64,000 nt of DNA from Mobula hypostoma. Its lineage: Eukaryota. Of this stretch, positions 52,281-64,000 are shown piece after piece. A model generated the notes under the pieces. The model did not search any database. It was not told the DNA's origin and was given only the letters and a program-made list of their open reading frames with translations. The stretch covers positions 251,722,001-251,786,000 of the forward strand of contig NC_086097.1 of NCBI RefSeq assembly GCF_963921235.1, in the 5' to 3' direction. A program made the translations under genes and the position numbers. Position 1 is the stretch's first letter, and each line of letters opens with the position of its first letter.

Positions 52281-52619
52281 AGAATAGCCTTGGTCTCAAG
52301 AGAAAGAACAGAAAACATAGAACATTACAGCACAGCACAGCACAGGCCCCTCAGCCCGCAATATTGTGCCGGCCAACCTTTTAGCTACTCCAAGATCAAT
52401 CTAATCCTTGCCTCCAACATAACCATCCATTTTCTATCATCCATTTGCTATCTAAGAGTCTCTTAAAAGCCCCCTAATATATCTGCCTCTGCCACCATCC
52501 CTGGTAGGGTGATCCAGACACCTACCACTCTCTGTGTAAACCTTTGATATCAACTCTGTACTTCCCTCCAATCACCTTAAAATAATGCCACCCTGGGAAA
52601 AAGTCTCTGGCCGCCTCGA

Positions 52620-55325
52620 ATCATAGAGTCATGGAAAAGAACAGCACAGAAACAGTCCCTTCGGCCCATCTAGTCCATGCCAAACCACTTAAACTGCTTA
52701 CTGCCATTGACCTGCACCCGGACCATACCCCTACCATCTATGTACCTACCAAAGACTTCACTTAAACATTGAAATCGAGCTTGCATGCACCACTTGTGCT
52801 GGCAGCTCATTCCACACTCTCACCACCCTCTGAGTGAAGAAGTTTCCCCTCATATTCCCCTTAAACATTTCACCTTTCACCCATAACCCATGAGCCCTAG
52901 TTGTAGTCCTACTCAATTTTGCATACTTCTATCAAATCTCTCCTCAATCTTCGACATTCCAAGAAATAAAGTTCTAACCTGTTCAATCTTTCCTTATAAC
53001 TCAGGTCCTCCAGACCCAGCAACGTCCTTGTAAATTTTCTCTGTACATTTTCAACCTTATTTACACCTTTCCTGCAGGTAGGTGACCAAAACTGCAAACG
53101 ATACTCCAAATTAGGCTTCACCAATGTCTTATACGACTTCAACATAACATCCCATTTCCTATACTCAATACTTTGACTTATGAAGACCAATGCACCAAAA
53201 GCGTTTTTTTCTGAACCTACCTACCTGTGACACCCTTTACAAGGAATTATGGACCTATATTCCCAGATCCCTTTGTTCTACCATACTCCTCAGTGTCCTA
53301 CCATTCACTGAGTAAGAACCACCCTGCTTGGTCCTACTGAGTGCAAAACTTTGCACTTGTCTGCATTAAATTCCAGAACCCTCCGCAAGCCATGATAGCC
53401 ATCCTACTGTACACCGCCAATCGTAGAGTCATCTGCAAATTTGCTGATCCAGATTAGCCACATTATTATCCAGATCATTGATATAGAGGGCAAACAGTAA
53501 TAGACCTTTCACTGATCCCTGTGGCACACTAGAAGTCACAGGCCTCCAGTTAGAGGGGCAACCATCTACTACCAATCTGGCTTCTTGCACAAATGCCACA
53601 ATGTCTAATCCAATTAACTACCTCACCTTGAACACTGAGCGACTGAACTTTCTTTGCCAGCCTCCTATGCAGGGAACCTTGTCAAATGTCTTACTAAAGT
53701 CCATGTAGACAATATTGACAGCTTTGCCTTCATCCACTTTCCTGGTAACTTCCTTGGAAAACTCTAAGATTGGTTCAAATGACCTACCATGCACTAAGCT
53801 GTGCTGACTATCCTTAATCAGTCTACGTCTATTTAAATACCTATATATCCAGTCCCTTAGAATACTTCCAATAACCTTCGCACAACTGATGTCAGTCTCA
53901 TCAGTCTATAATCTCCTGGTTTCTGTTTAGAGCCTTTTTCAAACAGCAGAACAACATTGTCTATCCTCCATTCCTCTGCTGCCTCTCCTGTCACTAAGGG
54001 TGATTTTAATAACTCTGCTAGGGCCCCGGCAATTACTACACTTGCCTCCTGTAGGTTCCGAGGGAACACCTGGTCAGGCCCTAGGGACTTATCCACCCTG
54101 ATTTGCCTCAGGACAGCAAAAACCTCCTCCTCTGTAATCTGTACAGGGTTCATTAAGTTGATGCAGCTTTGCCTCACTTCTATAGGCTCTGTGTCCATCT
54201 CTTGAGTAAATACAGATGCAAAGAATATTTTTAAGATCTCCCCCATCTGTTTTGGCTCCACACGTGGATTACCAATTTTGTCCCTTGTAATCCTTTTGCT
54301 CTTAACAAGGAGGAGGAGAAGATGGCGGCGCAACGCAGCTTGCGCGGCCACTCCGATGAATAATATCTGTAATCTGTCAAGTAGGGTGCTGTGCACAATC
54401 CTGATTTGATGAAGACAGATGTGAGAGAACGGGGGAACATCTGGTGAAACTTCTGAAATGCCTTTTTTGCTGCCAGTGTTACTGTGTGATCCTGAATCTC
54501 TGGAGGGGAAGGCCCTGAATCCTCGGCTTTGCTTGTTGCTCAGCAGCCGGGGCGGGGTCGAAGCAAGTCGGACGGACTCAGAGTCAGCTGGGGTCAGGTG
54601 CTTCCAATGCATCGACAGTTGTCGGTGCCTGGAGGTTTATGGCAGAGAGAGTTTCTCCCTTCTGCCGCCTGCTATCGGGGATTATCGGGAGTCGATCGGA
54701 ACTTTGAGACTTTTTTTTAACCATTCCCATGGTCTGTTCTTTATCAAATTATGGTATTGCTTTGCACTGCTGTAACTATATGTTATAAATATGTGGTCTT
54801 GTCAGTGTTAGTCTTTGGTTTGTCCTTTTTTTTTGTGATATTACTCTGGAGGAACATTGTATCATTTCTTAATACATGCATGCATTTCTAAATGACAATA
54901 AACGAGGACTGAGTGTCCTCATAATCTAATCTAATCTAATCTAACATATCGGTAGACGTCCCTTCCTGATTCTTTTCTTTAAGTGTTGTCTTGTATTCCT
55001 TATACTCATTTGTTCCTATTTGCCTAGACCTCCGATGCACCTCTTTTGTCTTCTTCACCAGGGCCTCAATTTCTCTTAAAAACAAAGGTGCCCTAAATCA
55101 CTTGTTATCCTTACCTTTTATTCTGACAGGCACAGACAAGCTTTGTACTCTCAAAATTTCACTTTTGAAGGCCACCCACTTTCCAAGTACACCTTTGCCA
55201 GAAAACTGCCTGTCCCAATCCACACTTGCCAGATTATTCCTAACACCATCAAAATTGGCCTGTCTCCAATTTAGAATCTCACCCATGGACCAAATCTTTT
55301 TGCATATTTACTTCGAAACTACTGG
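52620..55325 (-). mobile_element. Decayed 2-kb CR1 LINE split by retroposon copy 4
   Basis: ORFs 52909-53190, 53857-54300, 55098-55286 with CR1 ORF2 motifs. Confidence 0.88.
54308..54943 (+). mobile_element. Non-coding retroposon copy 4 (uninterrupted)
   Basis: AGGAGGAGGAGAAGATGGCGGCGC start; (ATCTA)4 tail; short TAACA duplication. Confidence 0.88.
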
Positions 55326-55675
55326 CATTGTGATTACTAGCTGCAGCCTTCCCCTACACGAACTTCTATCCCCTGCCCTCATTCTCAATATTGCACACTT
55401 GATCCATTCCTCTTATCATCTTGTACACCTTCATCAAGTTGCCTCTCATCTTCAAAGTTCAATGTACATTTACTATCAAAGTATGTATACCATATCGAAC
55501 TTGGACATTCGCCTTCTCGAAGCAGCCAGAAAACAAGGAAATACAATTGAACCCGATTAAAGAAAACCCCGACAGAACAAAGACAGTCAAAGACCCAATG
55601 TGCGATAAAAGGACAACTTCTGTAATTTAAAGGAAACAAATAACGTTAACTGCAGAGCACCCGAAAGTGAGTCCT

Positions 55676-58600
55676 CAGTGTTCTGCCGATGGTTACTGAC
55701 CACAGTCACAGAGTCAGATCAGTGTTCTGTTGATGGTTACAGGCCACAGTCACAGAGTCAGATCAGTGTTCTGCCGATGGTTACAGGCCACAGTCACAGA
55801 GTGAGTTCAGTGTTCTGCCGATGGTCACAAGCCACAGTCACAGAGTCAGATCAGTGTTCTGCCGATGGTTACAGGCCACAGTCACAGTCAGATCAGTGTT
55901 CTGTCGATGGTTACAGGCCACAGTCACAGAGTCAGATCAGTGTTCTGCTGATGGTTACAGGCCACAGTCACAGAGTGAGTTCAGTGTTCTGCCGATGGTC
56001 ACAAGCCACAGTCACAGAGTCAGATCAGTGTTCTGTCGATGGTTACAGGCCACAGTCACAGAGTCAGATCAGTGTTCTGCCGATGGTTACAGGCCACAGT
56101 CACAGAGTCAGATCAGTGTTCTGTCGATGGTCACAGGCCACAGTCACAGAGTCAGATCAGTGTTCTGTCGATGGTTACAGGCCACAGTCATACAGTCAGA
56201 TCAATGTTCTGCTGATGGTTACAGGCCACAGTCAAACAGTCAGATCAGTGTTCTGTCGATGGTTACTGACCACAGTCACAGAGTCAGATCAGTGTTCTGT
56301 CGATGGTTACAGGCCACAGTCATACAGTCAGATCAGTGTTCTGTCGATGGTTACAGGCCACAGTCATACAGTCAGATCAATGTTCACCGATGGTTACAGG
56401 CCACAGTCACAGAGTCAGATCAGTGTTCTGTTGATGGTTACAGGCCACAGTCACAGAGTCAGATCAGTGTTCTGTCGATGGTTACAGGCCACAGTCACAG
56501 AGTCAGATCAGTGTTCTGCCGATGGTTACAGGCCACGGTCACAGTTCAGTGTTCTGCCAATGGTTACTGACCACAGTCACTGAGTCAGATCAGTGTTCTG
56601 TCGATGGTTACAGGCCACAGTCACAGAGTCAGTTCAGTGTTCTGTTGATGGTCACAGGCCACAGTCACAGAGTCAGATCAGTGTTCTGTCGATGGTTACA
56701 GGCCACAGTCACCGAGTGAGTTCAGTGTTCTGCCGATGGTCACAGGCCACAGTCACAGAGTCAGATCAGTGTTCTGTCGATGGTTACAGGCCACAGTCAC
56801 AGAGTCAGATCAGTGTTCTGTCGATGGTTACAGGCCACAGTTACAGAGTGAGTTCAGTGTTCTGCTGATGGTCACAGGCCACAGTCACAGAGTGAGATCA
56901 GTGTTCTGTAGATGGTTACTGACCACAGTCACAGAGTCAGATCAGTGTTCTGTCGATGGTTACAGGCCACAGTCACAGAGTCAGATCAGTGTTCTGTCGA
57001 TGGTTACAGGCCACAGTCATACAGTCAGATCAATGTTCTGCTGATGGTTACAGGCCACAGTCAAACAGTCAGATCAGTGTTCTGTCGATGGTTACTGACC
57101 ACAGTCACAGAGTCAGATCAGTGTTCTGTCGATGGTTACAGGCCACAGTCATACAGTCAGATCAGTGTTCTGTCGATGGTTACAGGCCACAGTCATACAG
57201 TCAGATCAATGTTCACCGATGGTTACAGGCCACAGTCACAGAGTCAGATCAGTGTTCTGTCGATGGTTACAGGCCACAGTCACAGAGTCAGTTCAGTGTT
57301 CTGTTGATGGTCACAGGCCACAGTCACAGAGTCAGATCAGTGTTCTGTCGATGGTTACAGGCCACAGTCACCGAGTGAGTTCAGTGTTCTGCCGATGGTC
57401 ACAGGCCACAGTCACAGAGTCAGGTCAGTGTTCTGCTGATGGTCACAGGCCACAGTCACAGAGTGAGATCAGTGTTCTGTAGATGGTTACTGACCACAGT
57501 CACAGAGTCAGATCAGTGTTCTGTTGATGGTTACAGGCCACAGTCACAGAGTCAGATCAGTGTTCTGTCGATGGTTACAGGCCACAGTCATACAGTCAGA
57601 TCAATGTTCTGCTGATGGTTACAGGCCACAGTCAAACAGTCAGATCAGTGTTCTGTCGATGGTTACTGACCACAGTCACAGAGTCAGATCAGTGTTCTGT
57701 CGATGGTTACAGGCCACAGTCACCGAGTGAGTTCAGTGTTCTGCCGATGGTCACAGGCCACAGTCACAGAGTCAGATCAGTGTTCTGCTGATGGTCACAG
57801 GCCACAGTCACAGAGTCAGATCAGTGTTCTGTCGATGGTTACAGGCCACAGTCACAGAGTCAGTTCAGTGTTCTGTTGATGGTCACAGGCCACAGTCACA
57901 GAGTCAGATCAGTGTTCTGTCGATGGTTACAGGCCACAGTCACCGAGTGAGTTCAGTGTTCTGCCGATGGTCACAGGCCACAGTCACAGAGTCAGATCAG
58001 TGTTCTGTCGATGGTTACAGGCCACAGTCACAGAGTCAGATCAGTGTTCTGTCGATGGTTACAGGCCACAGTCACAGAGTGAGTTCAGTGTTCTGCTGAT
58101 GGTCACAGGCCACAGTCACAGAGTGAGATCAGTGTTCTGTAGATGGTTACTGACCACAGTCACAGAGTCAGATCAGTGTTCTGTCGATGGTTACAGGCCA
58201 CAGTCACAGAGTCAGATCAGTGTTCTGTCGATGGTTACAGGCCACAGTCATACAGTCAGATCAATGTTCTGCTGATGGTTACAGGCCACAGTCAAACAGT
58301 CAGATCAGTGTTCTGTCGATGGTTACTGACCACAGTCACAGAGTCAGATCAGTGTTCTGTCGATGGTTACAGGCCACAGTCATACAGTCAGATCAGTGTT
58401 CTGTCGATGGTTACAGGCCACAGTCATACAGTCAGATCAATGTTCACCGATGGTTACAGGCCACAGTCACAGAGTCAGATCAGTGTTCTGTCGATGGTTA
58501 CAGGCCACAGTCACAGAGTCAGTTCAGTGTTCTGTTGATGGTCACAGGCCACAGTCACAGAGTCAGATCAGTGTTCTGTCGATGGTTACAGGCCACAGTC

Positions 58601-61600
58601 ACCGAGTGAGTTCAGTGTTCTGCCGATGGTCACAGGCCACAGTCACAGAGTGAGATCAGTGTTCTGTCGATGGTTACAGGCCACAGTCACAGAGTGAGTT
58701 CAGTGTTCTGCTGATGGTCACAGGCCACAGTCACAGAGTGAGATCAGTGTTCTGTAGATGGTTACTGACCACAGTCACAGAGTCAGATCAGTGTTTTGTC
58801 GATGGTTACAGGCCACAGTCACAGAGTCAGATCAGTGTTCTGTCGATGGTTACAGGCCACAGTCATACAGTCAGATCAATGTTCTGCTGATGGTTACAGG
58901 CCACAGTCAAACAGTCAGATCAGTGTTCTGTCGATGGTTACTGACCACAGTCACAGAGTCAGATCAGTGTTCTGTCGATGGTTACAGGCCACAGTCATAC
59001 AGTCAGATCAGTGTTCTGTCGATGGTTACAGGCCACAGTCATACAGTCAGATCAATGTTCACCGATGGTTACAGGCCACAGTCACAGAGTCAGATCAGTG
59101 TTCTGTTGATGGTTACAGGCCACAGTCACAGAGTCAGATCAGTGTTCTGTCGATGGTTACAGGCCACAGTCACAGAGTCAGATCAGTGTTCTGCCGATGG
59201 TTACAGGCCACGGTCACAGTTCAGTGTTCTGCCGATGGTTACTGACCACAGTCACAGTTCAGTGTTCTGCCAATGGTTACTGACCACAGTCACTGAGTCA
59301 GATCAGTGTTCTGTCGATGGTTACAGGCCACAGTCACAGAGTCAGTTCAGTGTTCTGTTGATGGTCACAGGCCACAGTCACAGAGTCAGATCAGTGTTCT
59401 GTCGATGGTTACAGGCCACAGTCACCGAGTGAGTTCAGTGTTCTGCCGATGGTCACAGGCCACAGTCACAGAGTCAGATCAGTGTTCTGTCGATGGTTAC
59501 AGGCCACAGTCACAGAGTCAGATCAGTGTTCTGTCGATGGTTACAGGCCACAGTCACAGAGTGAGTTCAGTGTTCTGCTGATGGTCACAGGCCACAGTCA
59601 CAGAGTGAGATCAGTGTTCTGTAGATGGTTACTGACCACAGTCACAGAGTCAGATCAGTGTTCTGTCGATGGTTACAGGCCACAGTCACAGAGTCAGATC
59701 AGTGTTCTGTCGATGGTTACAGGCCACAGTCATACAGTCAGATCAATGTTCTGCTGATGGTTACAGGCCACAGTCAAACAGTCAGATCAGTGTTCTGTCG
59801 ATGGTTACTGACCACAGTCACAGAGTCAGATCAGTGTTCTGTCGATGGTTACAGGCCACAGTCATACAGTCAGATCAGTGTTCTGTCGATGGTTACAGGC
59901 CACAGTCATACAGTCAGATCAATGTTCACCAATGGTTACAGGCCACAGTCACAGAGTCAGATCAGTGTTCTGTTGATGGTTACAGGCCACAGTCACAGAG
60001 TCAGATCAGTGTTCTGTCGATGGTTACAGGCCACAGTCACAGAGTCAGATCAGTGTTCTGCCGATGGTTACAGGCCACAGTCACAGTTCAGTGTTCTGCC
60101 GATGGTTACTGACCACAGTCACAGAGTCAGATCAGTGTTCTGTCGATGGTTACTGACCACAGTCACAGAGTCAGTTCAGTGTTCTGTCGATGGTTACTGA
60201 CCACAGTCACAGAGTCAGATCAGTGTTCTGTCGATGGTTACAGGCCACAGTCACAGAGTGAGTTCAGTGTTCTGCTGATGGTCACAGGCCAAAGTCACAG
60301 AGTGAGATCAGTGTTCCGTCGATGGTTACTGACCATAGTCACAGAGTCAGATCAGTGTTCTGTCGATGGTTACAGGCCACAGTCACAGAGTGAGTTCAGT
60401 GTTCTGTCGATGGTTACTGACCACAGTCACAGAGTCAGATCAGTGTTCCGCCGATGGTTACAGCCACAGTCATACAGTCAGATCAGTGTTCCGCCAATGG
60501 TTACAGGCCACAGTCATACAGTCAGATCAGTGTTCTGCCAATGGTTACAGGCCACAGTCACAGTTCAGTGTTCTGCCGATGGTTACTGACCACAGTCACC
60601 AAGTCAGATCAGTGTTCTGTCGATGGTTACTGACCACAGTCACAGAGTCAGTTCAGTGTTCTGTCGATGGTTACTGACCACAGTCACAGAGTCGGATCAG
60701 TGTTCTGTCGATCGTTACAGGCCACAGTCACAGAGTGAGTTCGGTGTTCTGCCAATGGTCACAGGCCAGAGTCACAGAGTCGGATCAGTGTTCTGTCGAT
60801 CGTTACAGGCCACAGTCACAGAGTCACTTCAGTGTTCTGTCGATGGTTACTGACCACAGTCACAGAGTCAGATCAGTGTTCTGTCGATGGTTACAGGCCA
60901 CAGTCACAGAGTCAGATCAGTGTTCTGCCGATGGTCACAGGCCACAGTCACAGAGTCAGTTCAGTGTTCTGTTGATGGTCACAGGCCAGAGTCACAGAGT
61001 CAGATCAGTGTTCTGCCGATGGTTACAGGCCACAGTCACAGAGTCAGATCAGTGTTCTGCCGATGGTTACAGGCCACAGTCACAGAGTCAGATCAGTGTT
61101 CTGTCGATGGTTACAGGCCACAGTCACAGAGTCAGATCAGTGTTCTGTCGATGGTTACAGGCCACAGTCATACAGTCAGATCAATGTTCTGCTGATGGTT
61201 ACAGGCCACAGTCAAACAGTCAGATCAGTGTTCTGTCGATGGTTACTGACCACAGTCACAGAGTCAGATCAGTGTTCTGTCGATGGTTACAGGCCACAGT
61301 CATACAGTCAGATCAGTGTTCTGTCGATGGTTACAGGCCACAGTCATACAGTCAGATCAATGTTCACCGATGGTTACAGGCCACAGTCACAGAGTCAGAT
61401 CAGTGTTCTGTCGATGGTTACAGGCCACAGTCACAGAGTCAGTTCAGTGTTCTGTTGATGGTCACAGGCCACAGTCACAGAGTCAGATCAGTGTTCTGTC
61501 GATGGTTACAGGCCACAGTCACCGAGTGAGTTCAGTGTTCTGCCGATGGTCACAGGCCACAGTCACAGAGTCAGATCAGTGTTCTGCTGATGGTCACAGG

Positions 61601-64000
61601 CCACAGTCACAGAGTCAGATCAGTGTTCTGTCGATGGTTACAGGCCACAGTCACAGAGTCAGTTCAGTGTTCTGTTGATGGTCACAGGCCACAGTCACAG
61701 AGTCAGATCAGTGTTCTGTCGATGGTTACAGGCCACAGTCACCGAGTGAGTTCAGTGTTCTGCCGATGGTCACAGGCCACAGTCACAGAGTCAGATCAGT
61801 GTTCTGTCGATGGTTACAGGCCACAGTCACAGAGTCAGATCAGTGTTCTGTCGATGGTTACAGGCCACAGTCACAGAGTGAGTTCAGTGTTCTGCTGATG
61901 GTCACAGGCCACAGTCACAGAGTGAGATCAGTGTTCTGTAGATGGTTACTGACCACAGTCACAGAGTCAGATCAGTGTTCTGTCGATGGTTACAGGCCAC
62001 AGTCACAGAGTCAGATCAGTGTTCTGTCGATGGTTACAGGCCACAGTCATACAGTCAGATCAATGTTCTGCTGATGGTTACAGGCCACAGTCAAACAGTC
62101 AGATCAGTGTTCTGTCGATGGTTACTGACCACAGTCACAGAGTCAGATCAGTGTTCTGTCGATGGTTACAGGCCACAGTCATACAGTCAGATCAGTGTTC
62201 TGTCGATGGTTACAGGCCACAGTCATACAGTCAGATCAATGTTCACCGATGGTTACAGGCCACAGTCACAGAGTCAGATCAGTGTTCTGTCGATGGTTAC
62301 AGGCCACAGTCACAGAGTCAGTTCAGTGTTCTGTTGATGGTCACAGGCCACAGTCACAGAGTCAGATCAGTGTTCTGTCGATGGTTACAGGCCACAGTCA
62401 CCGAGTGAGTTCAGTGTTCTGCCGATGGTCACAGGCCACAGTCACAGAGTGAGATCAGTGTTCTGTCGATGGTTACAGGCCACAGTCACAGAGTGAGTTC
62501 AGTGTTCTGCTGATGGTCACAGGCCACAGTCACAGAGTGAGATCAGTGTTCTGTAGATGGTTACTGACCACAGTCACAGAGTCAGATCAGTGTTCTGTCG
62601 ATGGTTACAGGCCACAGTCACAGAGTCAGATCAGTGTTCTGTCGATGGTTACAGGCCACAGTCATACAGTCAGATCAATGTTCTGCTGATGGTTACAGGC
62701 CACAGTCAAACAGTCAGATCAGTGTTCTGTCGATGGTTACTGACCACAGTCACAGAGTCAGATCAGTGTTCTGTCGATGGTTACAGGCCACAGTCATACA
62801 GTCAGATCAGTGTTCTGTCGATGGTTACAGGCCACAGTCATACAGTCAGATCAATGTTCACCGATGGTTACAGGCCACAGTCACAGAGTCAGATCAGTGT
62901 TCTGTTGATGGTTACAGGCCACAGTCACAGAGTCAGATCAGTGTTCTGTCGATGGTTACAGGCCACAGTCACAGAGTCAGATCAGTGTTCTGCCGATGGT
63001 TACAGGCCACGGTCACAGTTCAGTGTTCTGCCGATGGTTACTGACCACAGTCACAGTTCAGTGTTCTGCCAATGGTTACTGACCACAGTCACTGAGTCAG
63101 ATCAGTGTTCTGTCGATGGTTACAGGCCACAGTCACAGAGTCAGTTCAGTGTTCTGTTGATGGTCACAGGCCACAGTCACAGAGTCAGATCAGTGTTCTG
63201 TCGATGGTTACAGGCCACAGTCACCGAGTGAGTTCAGTGTTCTGCCGATGGTCACAGGCCACAGTCACAGAGTCAGATCAGTGTTCTGTCGATGGTTACA
63301 GGCCACAGTCACAGAGTCAGATCAGTGTTCTGTCGATGGTTACAGGCCACAGTCACAGAGTGAGTTCAGTGTTCTGCTGATGGTCACAGGCCACAGTCAC
63401 AGAGTGAGATCAGTGTTCTGTAGATGGTTACTGACCACAGTCACAGAGTCAGATCAGTGTTCTGTCGATGGTTACAGGCCACAGTCACAGAGTCAGATCA
63501 GTGTTCTGTCGATGGTTACAGGCCACAGTCATACAGTCAGATCAATGTTCTGCTGATGGTTACAGGCCACAGTCAAACAGTCAGATCAGTGTTCTGTCGA
63601 TGGTTACTGACCACAGTCACAGAGTCAGATCAGTGTTCTGTCGATGGTTACAGGCCACAGTCATACAGTCAGATCAGTGTTCTGTCGATGGTTACAGGCC
63701 ACAGTCATACAGTCAGATCAATGTTCACCAATGGTTACAGGCCACAGTCACAGAGTCAGATCAGTGTTCTGTTGATGGTTACAGGCCACAGTCACAGAGT
63801 CAGATCAGTGTTCTGTCGATGGTTACAGGCCACAGTCACAGAGTCAGATCAGTGTTCTGCCGATGGTTACAGGCCACAGTCACAGTTCAGTGTTCTGCCG
63901 ATGGTTACTGACCACAGTCACAGAGTCAGATCAGTGTTCTGTCGATGGTTACTGACCACAGTCACAGAGTCAGTTCAGTGTTCTGTCGATGGTTACTGAC
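55676..64000. repeat. 44-bp satellite array with higher-order structure (>=8.3 kb, ~190 monomers, runs off the window)
   Basis: Consensus CAGTGTTCTGTCGATGGTTACAGGCCACAGTCACAGAGTCAGAT; recurring variant blocks. Confidence 0.99.

Noticed and set aside
55678..63999. Dozens of + strand ORFs (MVTGHSHRVRSVFCRW...)
   Set aside because: Translations of the 44-bp satellite cycling through frames; no gene structure.
55676..64000. CRISPR-like regular spacing
   Set aside because: No unique spacers; contiguous near-identical monomers in eukaryotic DNA, no cas genes.

Overview
Vertebrate (most likely elasmobranch/ray, inferred from the repeat families) genomic window that is almost entirely transposon-derived and appears intronic. 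The only host coding sequence I can support is a single 192-bp exon (49440-49631, + strand) of a cadherin most similar to DN-cadherin-like/type III cadherins. A CR1 LINE sits about 8 nt behind its splice donor, in frame with the exon. The rest is nested retroelements: many CR1 LINEs (two with long open RT ORFs), Rex1/Babar-type LINEs, L2, L1 and RTE fragments, two tandem R4/Dong-type elements, a split Penelope element, and short Penelope pLTR insertions carrying minimal hammerhead-ribozyme motifs (one forming a 72-bp hairpin). There are also tRNA-derived SINEs, Tc1-like remnants, and four copies of a ~630-680 bp non-coding retroposon whose internal palindrome was hit twice by unrelated LINEs. 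Tandem DNA comprises a 1.2-kb compound (CA)n array, a 9-bp array, and a 44-bp satellite with higher-order structure filling 55676-64000. Repeat boundaries were read by eye (roughly +/-20 bp) and family names come from motif recognition, not a database search.
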